Part shown: positions 46,886 to 56,014 of the stretch, one piece after another
Layout of the letters: each line of letters opens with the position of its first letter
Numbering within the stretch: position 1 is the first letter of the stretch
NCBI GenBank assembly: GCA_947492385.1
Contig: CANLMX010000007.1
Coordinates: 4,877 to 68,876, forward strand
Source of the DNA: Planctomycetaceae bacterium
GTDB taxonomy: Bacteria > Planctomycetota > Phycisphaerae > Phycisphaerales > SM1A02
Direction of reading: 5' to 3'
Length of the DNA stretch: 64,000 bases
Notes under the pieces: model-generated
What the model saw: the letters and a program-made list of their open reading frames with translations, nothing else
Told to the model about the DNA's origin: nothing
The model's database searches: none
Position numbers and translations under genes: made by a program

Positions 46886-47739
46886 ACCGCAACGGCCTGC
46901 TCTGGACCGCCTGGGCCCTGGTGCCCGTCGGGCTCCTCGCCTTCCACTACGGACCCGGCCAGCGCGCGTCGCGCGTGGAACAGGCCGCGTCATGGGTCGC
47001 GAAGGCCGATGCCGCGCAGGAGGAAGCCGAGTCGCTGCAGTCCGCGGCGCACGCATTGCACGTCGCGGCGGTCGCCGCGCGGGCGCGGGCGGCGGAGTCC
47101 GGCGGCGACGCGGCGCTGCATCGCGCCGCACTCGACGCCGTCGCGGCCGAGGAAGCCGCATACGCCGCATCGAGCGCGGCGTGGATGGGCGTCGCCGACG
47201 CGCTCGGCTCGGCGCAGGCGCTGCTGGCCGAATCCGGTGCGCCGCAGGCGGAAGAGGTTCGCATGGCGAAGGCCGTCGCACTGGTACGCGCGGGCGAGGT
47301 GGCATCCGGCGCCGACGAGCTCGAGGACATGCTGGCCGCGGGCATGCCGCCCGGTTCCGCGCTCGACCAGGCCGTGCGCGAGGAACTTGCGACGGCGTAC
47401 TACCACGGCGCGCGGCTGCAGCGGCTCGCGGGCGGTCCGGAGGACGAATGGCGCGACACCGCACGTCATGCGCGCGAGCAGTTCCGGTACCTCGCCGAGG
47501 GCGCGCGCGCGCGCGGCGCGTCCGCCGAGCGCATCCGCGACCTCGAGCGCAACGTGGAGCTGGTGCTCGACCTCGAGCAAAGCGCAGGCGACCAGGTCGC
47601 GCTCAAGGTGAAGCCCAAGGACTGCCCCTCCGGTTCATGCAAGGGGCTGACACCGCGAAAGGGCAAGGGCAAGCGGCCCGGACAGGGCCAGCCCTCGAAG
47701 GGCGCGGGAATGCAGGGTGAGATCGGGGACGGCTGGTGA
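46882..47739 (+). CDS. hypothetical membrane-anchored helical (TPR-like, BatC-position) protein with a Lys/Gly-rich tail
   Basis: 285 aa, ATGA overlap. N-terminal TM LLWTAWALVPVGLLAF, an Ala-rich helical body, and the tail CPSGSCKGLTPRKGKGKRPGQGQPSKGAG. Confidence 0.5.
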   Translation: MNRNGLLWTAWALVPVGLLAFHYGPGQRASRVEQAASWVAKADAAQEEAESLQSAAHALHVAAVAARARAAESGGDAALHRAALDAVAAEEAAYAASSAAWMGVADALGSAQALLAESGAPQAEEVRMAKAVALVRAGEVASGADELEDMLAAGMPPGSALDQAVREELATAYYHGARLQRLAGGPEDEWRDTARHAREQFRYLAEGARARGASAERIRDLERNVELVLDLEQSAGDQVALKVKPKDCPSGSCKGLTPRKGKGKRPGQGQPSKGAGMQGEIGDGW

Positions 47740-50700
47740 ACACGACGGGAACTTCCATGCACATCGACACTCGGATCGCGCTGATTGCGCTGCTTGCCTC
47801 GACCCTCGCCCCCTGGCCGCACGTTTCGGGCCAGGTGATGCCTGCCGCCCGGATCATGCCGGCGAGGATGGCCGTCCCGCCGGAGCCGCCGCTCGGAATG
47901 GAAGCCGGCGACGAACCCGACATGTCCGCCGAGCCCCCGCCCGAGGAACCGGAACCGGCGGCCGGGTCGATGGCACCCCCGCCCGCAGGCATGGCCACGC
48001 CGTTCACGCCGCAGGAAACCGAGGTGCTGAAGCGGATGCTCGAATCGCTCGACCCCGCCGGGCAGGAGTCGATGCGCGCGTACTACCGCGACCTCGGGGT
48101 CGACCTCGACCAGGCGCTTGGCCTCGCAGCCGCGAGGTCGCAGCAGGCGCAGCGCGGGCAGGCGATTGCCGGCGCGATGCGCGGCATGGACTTCATGCGC
48201 AAGCCCGAGGCGGTCCTCGCGGCCCGGGCGAAGCTCGGCTTTGGCCAGGTGCCGCACCCGAACGCGGAGGCCGCGCAGCCGCAGGAGATGGCCAAGTGGC
48301 TTCACCTGCAGGTGATGGCCGGCGAGTGGGGGGCCGTGCGCGAGTTCCTCGCCAAGCTTCCGGCGGCGGTCGCGGAACCGATCTACGCGGCCATCCTCCA
48401 GTCACTGAACCGGGGCGACCAGGGGCTGCTGCCGGAGGAGGTGCTTGCGCTGGCGGACGCGTCCCCCGCCGAACTTAAGCCGTGGCAGCTCGCGGCGCTG
48501 TCGAAGATCCTGACGCAGGCGGCCGCGCGCAACGGCACCGGTCCGCTCATGGCGGCGCTGCGTTCCGGCGAGGGCCGCTTCGGCTCGCGCGATGCCGAGT
48601 CGCGCCGCCGGACCGTCGACCTGCTGGCGGCGGCCGGGCTGCTCGCGGAATCGACCGAGTTCATCACGCCCGTCGAGGAGGCGCGCGCCGCGGGCGATGC
48701 CGCGCTCCTGGTGGTGCACGCGCGCCACGCGCTCATGCTCGCACAGCGCGCCGGCGAGGGCCAGGAGGCGGATGCGCTCCGTTCCGAGGCCTTCCGGCTG
48801 CTCGCCGAGGCAACGCTCATGGAGCGCGCCGCCATCGACGTGCGCCGCGAGTCGCTGGGGCTCGCGATCGCCGAGCTCGGATCGGTCCCGCGTGCGCAGG
48901 CCACGGAGTGGCTGGCCCGGGTGTTCGCGAATCCGGCGCTCGGCCCCGCGGCGCTCGAGAAGCTGGCGCTCACGGCGTCGGCGATCGGGAATATGCAGCT
49001 CGAGGTCGAGGAGCGCGCCCAGGCGGTGCTTCGCCTCAAGGAGTCGATCGACGTGCTGCTTGCCCGTGACGACGTGGACCTCCAGTCGCTGCGGATCCCG
49101 CTGCGCATGGTCACGTCGGCACTCGTCGGCGAGATGGAGCAGGCGGTGGCCGAGAAGGGAGCGCAGCAGTTCGTGGCGCGCGAGTCGCAGCTCCTCCAGC
49201 GTGCGATCCCCGGCGAGCGGTGGCTCGGCGCGCTCGAACCGAGCCTGGCGGTGCGCGCACGCAAGGCGTGCATCGGCATCGCGGTGGCCGCGGACGAGCC
49301 CGAGCGCGCACTGCGGATGCTCGACCAGGCCGTGGCGGCATCGCCCGCGGACGCCCGGGCGTTCGCCGATGCGTTCCTCTCCACGTGGACCAAGCGACTC
49401 CGGCCCGAGACCGGGATGGATGAACGCATGGCGATGTTCTTCGCGTTCTACCGGGACGCCATGCCCATGGCACCCCTCACGCGCGGTCGGCAGCGCCGCA
49501 ACCTCGAGCAGCTCGATGCCCTGCTCGCCACGCTGCGCACCGCCGGCATCGAGCCTCGCGAACTTCCCAGCGTGGTCGGCGCGTTCGAGGCATGCCATGC
49601 CCGCACGGAGGCGTACGAACGCGAGGCCATCGAACGAACGTTCGGGCCGATCCCGGCGATGCCTCCGGCGACCGCGGTGCGCCTGGCCGCAACGATGGCA
49701 CAGGCACTGTCAGGCGACTGGCGCAGCCGCGAGGCGCAGAACGCGTCCGGAACGAAGCGGTCCGACTCCGAGATCGCCGAGCTCGTCGACCGCGGGTATG
49801 GCGTGGCGATCGACCTGGTCGCATCGGCCGCGGCGCAGCAGGATGAATCGTGGCAGCTCGCCGCGATGCAGGCGTCGCTGACGTTCGACCGCTTGCAGTT
49901 CCGGCAGCAGGCGAAGAAGGTGGATGACCCCGCGCGGCAGGACGAGTACCGAAAGGCGGCCTTCGCGGCGTTCGCCGACGCGGCGAACCGATACGTGGAT
50001 GCGCTCGCGCGCGGCGATGCACGCGACGAGCCGGACGTGTTTCTGCGGTGGTTCGGGTCCGCGATGGGCACGGCGCAGCTGAACTTCATCCGGCCTGACG
50101 ACCTACCGCGCGCGGGCACCGCGCAGGACGACCAGGTCGACCTCCTGCGCAAGGCGATGCTGCGGCTCGACGCCGAGGCATACGAGCGGCACGTCGCGGC
50201 GTTCGCGGCCGCCGTGCAGGACGCGGTGGCGCAGTCGGCGCCCGAGGTGAAGCAGCGGCTCGTGCACCATGCGCTCCGCGTGATCGGCGACCATCCTGCA
50301 GGCGCATCACTCCGGTCGATGGACGAGCTCTACCGCGACCTCGTGAAGGACGAGATCAAGCTGCGGCTTGCCGTGGACGGCGACGACCGCGTCGGCGCGG
50401 GCCGTCCCTTCGGCGCCCTGGTCTCGCTCCGCTTCACCAACTCGGTCGACCGCGAGACCGGCGGATTCTCGAAGTACCTGATGAACGGCGTGTTCGCGCG
50501 CGTCGGGAACCAGTTCCGCCAGGTGAACCACCGCGACGAGCTCCAGAAGTCGATCGAACGTGCGCTGGCCGACCGGTTCGACATCGAGGCCATCGGGTTC
50601 TTCGATCCTTACATGCCGCCGCGTGGCGTCGTCGAGGGCGGAGAAGGCGGCTGGATGGAGAAGCCGTTGGCGTACCTGGTGCTTTCGCGCAAGGATCCCG

Positions 50701-51626
50701 CCGTCGCCGCGCTTCCCGCGGTGGGCGTCGACATGCAGTTCACCGACCAGGCCGGCCCCGTGACGCTCGAGATCGTCAGCAACTCCGTCCCGCTGGTCGT
50801 GGGCGATGCTGCCACGTCCCGCCCCTGCGAGGGCCTCGAGGTCGAGCAGCTCGTCGACGTCCGAGGTGCTTCCGAGGGTGCGAAGGACGGCGTCACGCTC
50901 GAGGTCCGCATGCGGGGCAAGGGCGTCGTTCCGAACCTGCGCGACGCGCTGGCGGGGCTGGACGCGCCGCTGGCCGGGTTCGAGCTCGGGGCGGATGGCA
51001 TCGTCGCGGATCCGCCGGTGGTGGTCACGGCGGGCGACCCCGCATCGATGCGCACGATGATGATGACCGGGCAGCCGAGCGCCCCGAAGGACGGATACCC
51101 CGAACCGGACGCCGACGGCATGTACCGGCTCCCGATCGAACGGACCTGGCGCGTCACGTACGTCCCCACGGGCATGCCGTCCGGCGGGGAGTTCGTGCTT
51201 CCGCGGCTCGCGGCGGACCGTGATGCGACGCTCGTCTCGAAGGCCTACCAGGACCTGGACGTTGTCACGGTCACAGGCAGCTCCGTGCCCGTCGAACGAC
51301 GGATGGGAGTTGCATGGGTCCTCGGCGCCGTCGGTGCCGGACTCCTGGCCGTGGCGTCGTGGTTTGTGCTTCGAAGGAAGCCTGGTGGCCCGCGTGCAAT
51401 ACCCGAGGTGCGATGGGCGCCCGGCCGCCTCACCGCGCTCGGCGTGGTGACGTCGCTGAGGAGGCTCGAGCGCGAACGCGCCGCGGCGCTCGGCGACGCG
51501 CAGGTCGGAGGGCTCCGCGACGAGATCCGGACCCTCGAACTCAAGTGGTTCGGACCCGATGCCGCGGAGGCATCCGAGACGGAACTCCGCGAGGTGGTTG
51601 CCCGGTGGTCCGAAGCCGTGCGTTGA
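47736..51626 (+). CDS. 1296-aa secreted/membrane-anchored protein (BatD-position): long helical N-region, beta-rich C-region, single C-terminal TM and cytoplasmic tail
   Basis: GTG at 47736 overlaps the upstream stop (GTGA). Signal peptide ...IALIALLASTLAPWPHVSG. Pro/Glu-rich linker. C-terminal TM VAWVLGAVGAGLLAVASWFVLRRK followed by about 85 cytoplasmic residues. Confidence 0.6.
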   Translation: MNTTGTSMHIDTRIALIALLASTLAPWPHVSGQVMPAARIMPARMAVPPEPPLGMEAGDEPDMSAEPPPEEPEPAAGSMAPPPAGMATPFTPQETEVLKRMLESLDPAGQESMRAYYRDLGVDLDQALGLAAARSQQAQRGQAIAGAMRGMDFMRKPEAVLAARAKLGFGQVPHPNAEAAQPQEMAKWLHLQVMAGEWGAVREFLAKLPAAVAEPIYAAILQSLNRGDQGLLPEEVLALADASPAELKPWQLAALSKILTQAAARNGTGPLMAALRSGEGRFGSRDAESRRRTVDLLAAAGLLAESTEFITPVEEARAAGDAALLVVHARHALMLAQRAGEGQEADALRSEAFRLLAEATLMERAAIDVRRESLGLAIAELGSVPRAQATEWLARVFANPALGPAALEKLALTASAIGNMQLEVEERAQAVLRLKESIDVLLARDDVDLQSLRIPLRMVTSALVGEMEQAVAEKGAQQFVARESQLLQRAIPGERWLGALEPSLAVRARKACIGIAVAADEPERALRMLDQAVAASPADARAFADAFLSTWTKRLRPETGMDERMAMFFAFYRDAMPMAPLTRGRQRRNLEQLDALLATLRTAGIEPRELPSVVGAFEACHARTEAYEREAIERTFGPIPAMPPATAVRLAATMAQALSGDWRSREAQNASGTKRSDSEIAELVDRGYGVAIDLVASAAAQQDESWQLAAMQASLTFDRLQFRQQAKKVDDPARQDEYRKAAFAAFADAANRYVDALARGDARDEPDVFLRWFGSAMGTAQLNFIRPDDLPRAGTAQDDQVDLLRKAMLRLDAEAYERHVAAFAAAVQDAVAQSAPEVKQRLVHHALRVIGDHPAGASLRSMDELYRDLVKDEIKLRLAVDGDDRVGAGRPFGALVSLRFTNSVDRETGGFSKYLMNGVFARVGNQFRQVNHRDELQKSIERALADRFDIEAIGFFDPYMPPRGVVEGGEGGWMEKPLAYLVLSRKDPAVAALPAVGVDMQFTDQAGPVTLEIVSNSVPLVVGDAATSRPCEGLEVEQLVDVRGASEGAKDGVTLEVRMRGKGVVPNLRDALAGLDAPLAGFELGADGIVADPPVVVTAGDPASMRTMMMTGQPSAPKDGYPEPDADGMYRLPIERTWRVTYVPTGMPSGGEFVLPRLAADRDATLVSKAYQDLDVVTVTGSSVPVERRMGVAWVLGAVGAGLLAVASWFVLRRKPGGPRAIPEVRWAPGRLTALGVVTSLRRLERERAAALGDAQVGGLRDEIRTLELKWFGPDAAEASETELREVVARWSEAVR

Positions 51627-51648
51627 GTCCGTCCCTAGCATCCGCGCC

Positions 51649-52101
51649 ATGAGAACCGCCCGATTCGTGCTTGCGCTTCCCGCAGGACTCGTCATCATGA
51701 TGGCGACGATCGCCGCGGTCGAATCACTTGGTCTCCGTGCGTTCCCACCGGGCGAGACCATGGCTGCGGCCGTGGAACTGGCCAAGACGGACGTCGAGGC
51801 GGGGCGCGCCGCCATGCGCGATGCGCTGCCGACCGTCCCCGTGGGCACGTTCGTGAACGTGCTGGCCGCATGGATGCTGGGCGGGGCGGCGGGCGCGTTC
51901 CTCGCCGGAAGCATCGCGGCGCGGGCGCACCTGGCGCTCGGCGTCGCGGTCGCGGTGCTGCTGCTCGTGGCGTGCGTCACGAACCTGGCGCTGATCCCGC
52001 ACCCGGCATGGATGTGGCCCGCAGGCATCGTGCTGCCGGCCGGTACGGCCGTCACGGTGGCTGCGTGGACGCGCCCGCGTGGGGCGGCCGCGCTGCGGTG
52101 A
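51649..52101 (+). CDS. hypothetical small integral membrane protein (about 4 TM)
   Basis: In-frame ATG at 51649 (MRTARFVLALPAGLVIMMATIAAV...), 150 aa, hydrophobic throughout. Confidence 0.5.
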   Translation: MRTARFVLALPAGLVIMMATIAAVESLGLRAFPPGETMAAAVELAKTDVEAGRAAMRDALPTVPVGTFVNVLAAWMLGGAAGAFLAGSIAARAHLALGVAVAVLLLVACVTNLALIPHPAWMWPAGIVLPAGTAVTVAAWTRPRGAAALR

Positions 52102-52170
52102 CGCCCTTCCCCCGGCCGCAAGGCGCGCGAACGCACCGTGCGACCGGGGATGAGCGGGCGATTGAAGCGC

Positions 52171-52806
52171 TTACTGTGGGCGCCGACGCGACCCCACCAG
52201 CCCAGCCGCCGCAAGCAATGCAACGGCGCCCGGTGCGGGAAGTGCGCAGCCGACCACCTTGTCGGACCAGTCGCCGATGCCGCCCCGGAACCGGACGGCC
52301 ATCGCATACCCCTCGCCGCCGAGGCAATCCTCGGCCGTGAGCATGGCCAAGTCCACGGCGGATCCGACCATCGTGAACACGAAGGTCGTCGTCGTCCCCA
52401 CCGAGATGCCGGCGACGGGGCTGCCGCCACCGAGCCAGCTCGAGCCGATCGCGGCCCCGACCATGAAATCGCCGTAGGGCGCCGCCGACACCGGCGCCGA
52501 AAGGCCGTCGAATGACCGGTTGTCGCAGGTGACGAACGACATGGACGTGACGCCCATGCCGCCGTTGAGGGCCAGACCCGTGATGAACCCGCCCAGTCCG
52601 GGGCCCGTGTCGTTCAGCAGCGCGATGGTCAGCGTCGCGCTTGTGCCGCCCCCATGGTCGTACACGACGGACGCGCGGAACGAACCGAGCCCTTCGGTGG
52701 AACCGCACGGTGCATAGTTGGCGGTCGAGACCGCGGCGGATGCGGCAGAGACGAACGCGGATGCGATGAGGGACGGCACGACGCTTCGTGACACGGACTG
52801 GTGCAT
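52171..52806 (-). CDS. secreted protein with a PEP-CTERM-like sorting tail (PAP variant)
   Basis: In-frame ATG at 52806. Signal peptide MHQSVSRSVVPSLIASAFVSAASAA. C-terminus CALPAPGAVALLAAAGLVGSRRRPQ (motif, TM, Arg cluster). Confidence 0.65.
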   Translation of the reverse strand: MHQSVSRSVVPSLIASAFVSAASAAVSTANYAPCGSTEGLGSFRASVVYDHGGGTSATLTIALLNDTGPGLGGFITGLALNGGMGVTSMSFVTCDNRSFDGLSAPVSAAPYGDFMVGAAIGSSWLGGGSPVAGISVGTTTTFVFTMVGSAVDLAMLTAEDCLGGEGYAMAVRFRGGIGDWSDKVVGCALPAPGAVALLAAAGLVGSRRRPQ

Positions 52807-53026
52807 GGGCGAATCCTCGGGTCGATGGCGCTTCAGCCGCCGCCGCGCCACGCCACGGACCGACCGTTGCGCGCACGACGCCGACCGAGACGCAAACCTA
52901 CGGAGGCCCCCTGCAGCTTTCACCGTCCCCGGCCGGGGCACGCCGAACTTCGCACGTTTCGGCATGCCCCATCAGGGATCCGTCCGCAGGGACATCACCC
53001 CGCCCCGCGGACGAATCCACCACGCG

Positions 53027-53818
53027 TCACGCGTTCGCGATGCCCTCGCGGATCGCCCACCGCATCAGCTCGTTGCGCGTATCGATCCCCAGCTTGCGCA
53101 TGATGCGCTCCTGGTGCCCGTCGATCGTCTTCGGGCTCCGTGACAGGGACTTGCCGATCTCGACGCGCGACATGCCGTTGCCGATGCACCGGAGCACCTC
53201 GATCTCGCGCGAACTCAGGCGGTCGACCGCGCTCAGCACCTGGTCCCCGTCCTTCGCCGCACGCCGCGTCCGCCGAGCCGAACGCACCGCGCGCGCGGCG
53301 GGGCACTGAGCCATCACCTTGGGACCCATCACGAATGTGCCGCGCTTGCTGCGCGCGATGCGCTTCAGGCCATCAAGGATGTCGCGCAGGTCGTCGCCCT
53401 TGGCGAAGTACCCGGACGCCCCGCACCGGTAGGCGGCGCTGAGCAGCGTGTCGCGCACGTGCGCGCTGAGGAACGCGAACCGCACCTCGGGAAAGCGGTG
53501 CCGCAGGCGATCGGCGGTCTCGAACACGTCCGGACCGGGCATCTCGATGTCGAACGTGACGACGTCCGGCTGCACGCGCGCCACCTCGTCAAGCACCCGG
53601 GACGGATCCGGCAGGCTCGCGACGAAGTCAATGCCGGGGTCGAGTTCGGCCTGCACCTTGAGTCCCTGCACCAGCAGCGCATGATCATCCACGCACATCA
53701 GGCGCACCACCACCTCCGACGTCCCCGTCGACGGGATCATCGCCTTCTTGCGGGCAAGCACTCGCTGGATCGGGGCCTCCGTGGCCTCCATGGCAACCGT
53801 CGCAGTCGGGAGTTCCAT
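53027..53818 (-). CDS. NarL/FixJ (LuxR-type HTH) response regulator
   Basis: REC domain (VVVRLMCVDDHALLV..., DVVTFDIEMPGPD) plus HTH (LSSREIEVLRCIGNGMSRVEIGKSLSRSPKTIDGHQERIMRKLG). The start is uncertain (ATG 53818, ATG 53740 or later). All options overlap the 3' end of the kinase gene. Confidence 0.8.
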   Translation of the reverse strand: MELPTATVAMEATEAPIQRVLARKKAMIPSTGTSEVVVRLMCVDDHALLVQGLKVQAELDPGIDFVASLPDPSRVLDEVARVQPDVVTFDIEMPGPDVFETADRLRHRFPEVRFAFLSAHVRDTLLSAAYRCGASGYFAKGDDLRDILDGLKRIARSKRGTFVMGPKVMAQCPAARAVRSARRTRRAAKDGDQVLSAVDRLSSREIEVLRCIGNGMSRVEIGKSLSRSPKTIDGHQERIMRKLGIDTRNELMRWAIREGIANA

Positions 53819-55874
53819 GATCTGGTTCCTTCTTTTCCCTGAGAATGACGTTGCACGCCCGGTCGACGCAGACCAGGAGTGCATCGAAGTCGTGTCCGTG
53901 ATCGAGCATCAGGCGGGCAATCCCGCGCCAGCGCGCACGCGCCACGGGAGTGAGGCGACCGAAGAGGATGACGACGCGCCCCGCGCGCGCGTCGACCCAT
54001 CGCCTTGCGACCGCGGCACTGACGATGCGCGGATCGGCGATCCACGCGTCGGTGTCGGGCCCCGCATCGTCCGCTGCAATTGCCACGAGCCCGCGCGCCT
54101 CGAGCGCGGCGCACGCGAACGCACCCGCCCGACCGTCCGCCAGGCTCACCGTGACCCGTCCCCCGGTTCCCCGTGGCACCAGCTCGACGACCGGAAGCCG
54201 CAGGCGCATCGTGGTTCCGACGCCAGGTGCCGACTCAATCGATGCAGCGCCTCCGGCCTCGGTGACCACGCGGTGGACGAGCGCAAGCCCCAGGCCGGAG
54301 CCGACCCCACGGGCCTTCGTCGTGAAGAACATGTCGAACGCGCGCTTGCGGACATCCTCGTCCATGCCGACGCCGTTGTCCGTGACCGAGACGTCCAGCG
54401 AGCGTCCATCCGACGAAGCATGGGCTGCCACCGAGACGCGTCCTCCACCCTGCCGGTTCGCCGACTTGATGGCCTCGCCCGCGTTGACGAACAGGTTCAG
54501 CACGGCCTGGGTGAGCGCCTGCTCGGAAACCTGGACCCTCGGCAGGTCGGGCCGGATGGCGCTCTTCACGACCGTGAGCGGAGGCAGCGCGCGCGACAGG
54601 AGCGATCCCGTGCTCGCCCACCAACGCGCCAGGTCCGTCCCGTTTCGATGATCACGGGCCGGCCCGGAGTCCGTCGCGAGGTAGTGAAGCCCGTCCGCGA
54701 GTTGCTGCAGGTAGTCGACGCCGCGGCGGATCTCGCCGACGTGCGCCGCCGTCCGTGGCGTCGCAGGCACCGCGATCGACTCGATCGCGTTCAGGTGGGC
54801 GCGGATCGGCAGCAGCATGTTGTTCATGTCGTGCCCGAGCCCTGCCGCAAGCGTCCCGAGCGCCGTCAGGCGATCGGATTGGCGCAGGCGCGCCTCCGTC
54901 GAACGGCGATCGTCCACGTCGCGGATGATTCCGACGAACCGGGCGCGCGGCTCGATCTCGCAGATCGTGAGTTCGGCGTGGATGGCGCGGCCGTCCTTAC
55001 GGACCACGCGAACCTCGTGGCTGCGCCCGAACGCGACGGGGCCTCCGCGCGCCGCACGCTCGGCAATGGGGTCGAGAACCCGTGCGCGGTCAGCTGGATG
55101 CAGCAGCGCATGGAACGGATGCCCGATCAGGTCCTCGGCCGGATGGCCAAGGATCACGGTGGCCGAGGGGCTTGAGGATTCCACCGTTCCGGCCGCGTCG
55201 AACCGGATGATCGCCTCGGGGAGGCTGTCGACCAGCGCGCGAAGCTGCGCTTCGCCCACTCGGCGCCCGCGCAGCTCCTCATGGATGATCGCGAGTTCGA
55301 CGGCATGTTCACCGATGACCTTGGCGGCATCCAAGGCGGTGCGTGCGAACCGGGCCCGCTTGCGCCCCATGACTGCCAGCACGCCCGCAGTGTCCCCAGC
55401 CACGGTGGTCAGCGGAATGGACGCGAAGCTCCGGAATCCCGCGGGTTCGAGCGCCAGCAGCGTGAAGCCGCAACGGCCGCTGCGGTCGCGGGATACGTCC
55501 GGCACGGCCCACGGCTTCGCAAGGGCGATGAGCTCGTGATCCGACTGCATGAACGGCAGCACGCCGACGGCCTGTTCGGGCGTCAGGCCACACCATGAGG
55601 CAGCGCGCAGATGCCGGTCGTCAGTCGCGCGGATGAGGAGGATTGCGGCATCCGAGTGCAAGTACGACGCCGCGAGTGAAAGCAAGGGGCCGAAACGAAT
55701 GAAGGGAGCGGAATCCCCCGAAGGCAGGGGCGCCAGCCCCACTTCCCGGGCAGCCAAGGTAGGAACCGTCGCACGGGGTCCCCTGGCCTTCCGAACCTTG
55801 CTTCGCGTGCGATTCGCGGCTTGGGCAGGTCGAATCGCACCGAGCACTGCGTGATTCGTGACGTGGTGCATCAA
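53685..55874 (-). CDS. GAF-PAS sensor histidine kinase with a degenerate receiver-like C-terminal extension
   Basis: 729 aa. GAF-like N-region, PAS (ESSSPSATVILGHPAEDLIGHPFHALLHPAD), H-box TLAAGLGHDMNNMLLPI, and ATPase boxes NLFVNAGEA, TDNGVGMD, GSGLGLALV. Confidence 0.8.
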   Translation of the reverse strand: MMHHVTNHAVLGAIRPAQAANRTRSKVRKARGPRATVPTLAAREVGLAPLPSGDSAPFIRFGPLLSLAASYLHSDAAILLIRATDDRHLRAASWCGLTPEQAVGVLPFMQSDHELIALAKPWAVPDVSRDRSGRCGFTLLALEPAGFRSFASIPLTTVAGDTAGVLAVMGRKRARFARTALDAAKVIGEHAVELAIIHEELRGRRVGEAQLRALVDSLPEAIIRFDAAGTVESSSPSATVILGHPAEDLIGHPFHALLHPADRARVLDPIAERAARGGPVAFGRSHEVRVVRKDGRAIHAELTICEIEPRARFVGIIRDVDDRRSTEARLRQSDRLTALGTLAAGLGHDMNNMLLPIRAHLNAIESIAVPATPRTAAHVGEIRRGVDYLQQLADGLHYLATDSGPARDHRNGTDLARWWASTGSLLSRALPPLTVVKSAIRPDLPRVQVSEQALTQAVLNLFVNAGEAIKSANRQGGGRVSVAAHASSDGRSLDVSVTDNGVGMDEDVRKRAFDMFFTTKARGVGSGLGLALVHRVVTEAGGAASIESAPGVGTTMRLRLPVVELVPRGTGGRVTVSLADGRAGAFACAALEARGLVAIAADDAGPDTDAWIADPRIVSAAVARRWVDARAGRVVILFGRLTPVARARWRGIARLMLDHGHDFDALLVCVDRACNVILREKKEPDHGTPDCDGCHGGHGGPDPASACPQEGDDPVDGDVGGGGAPDVRG

Positions 55875-56014
55875 AACGCGAACTTAAGGTGTTGCGCCCT
55901 GAAACGCAATGCCCCTTCTCGCAAATGGGGCGATTTGGAAAAAATCCATCTTCTCCGGAATTTGGATGCGAGCAAACTTCCCAGTCGCGCGCATTCTCCT
56001 TTGCAAGGAGCATC

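Noticed and set aside
55892-55966. Periodic TGGA/TCCA half-sites (55936, 55945, 55953-55958, 55963), a repeated ATTTGGA (55933, 55960) and TTGCG-N8-CGCAA (55892-55909) in the kinase/pcm divergent promoter.
   Set aside because: The region is clearly a lower-GC promoter region. However, 4- to 7-nt motifs at this density are expected by chance in 140 nt. I cannot support specific operator calls without a regulon-wide motif search.
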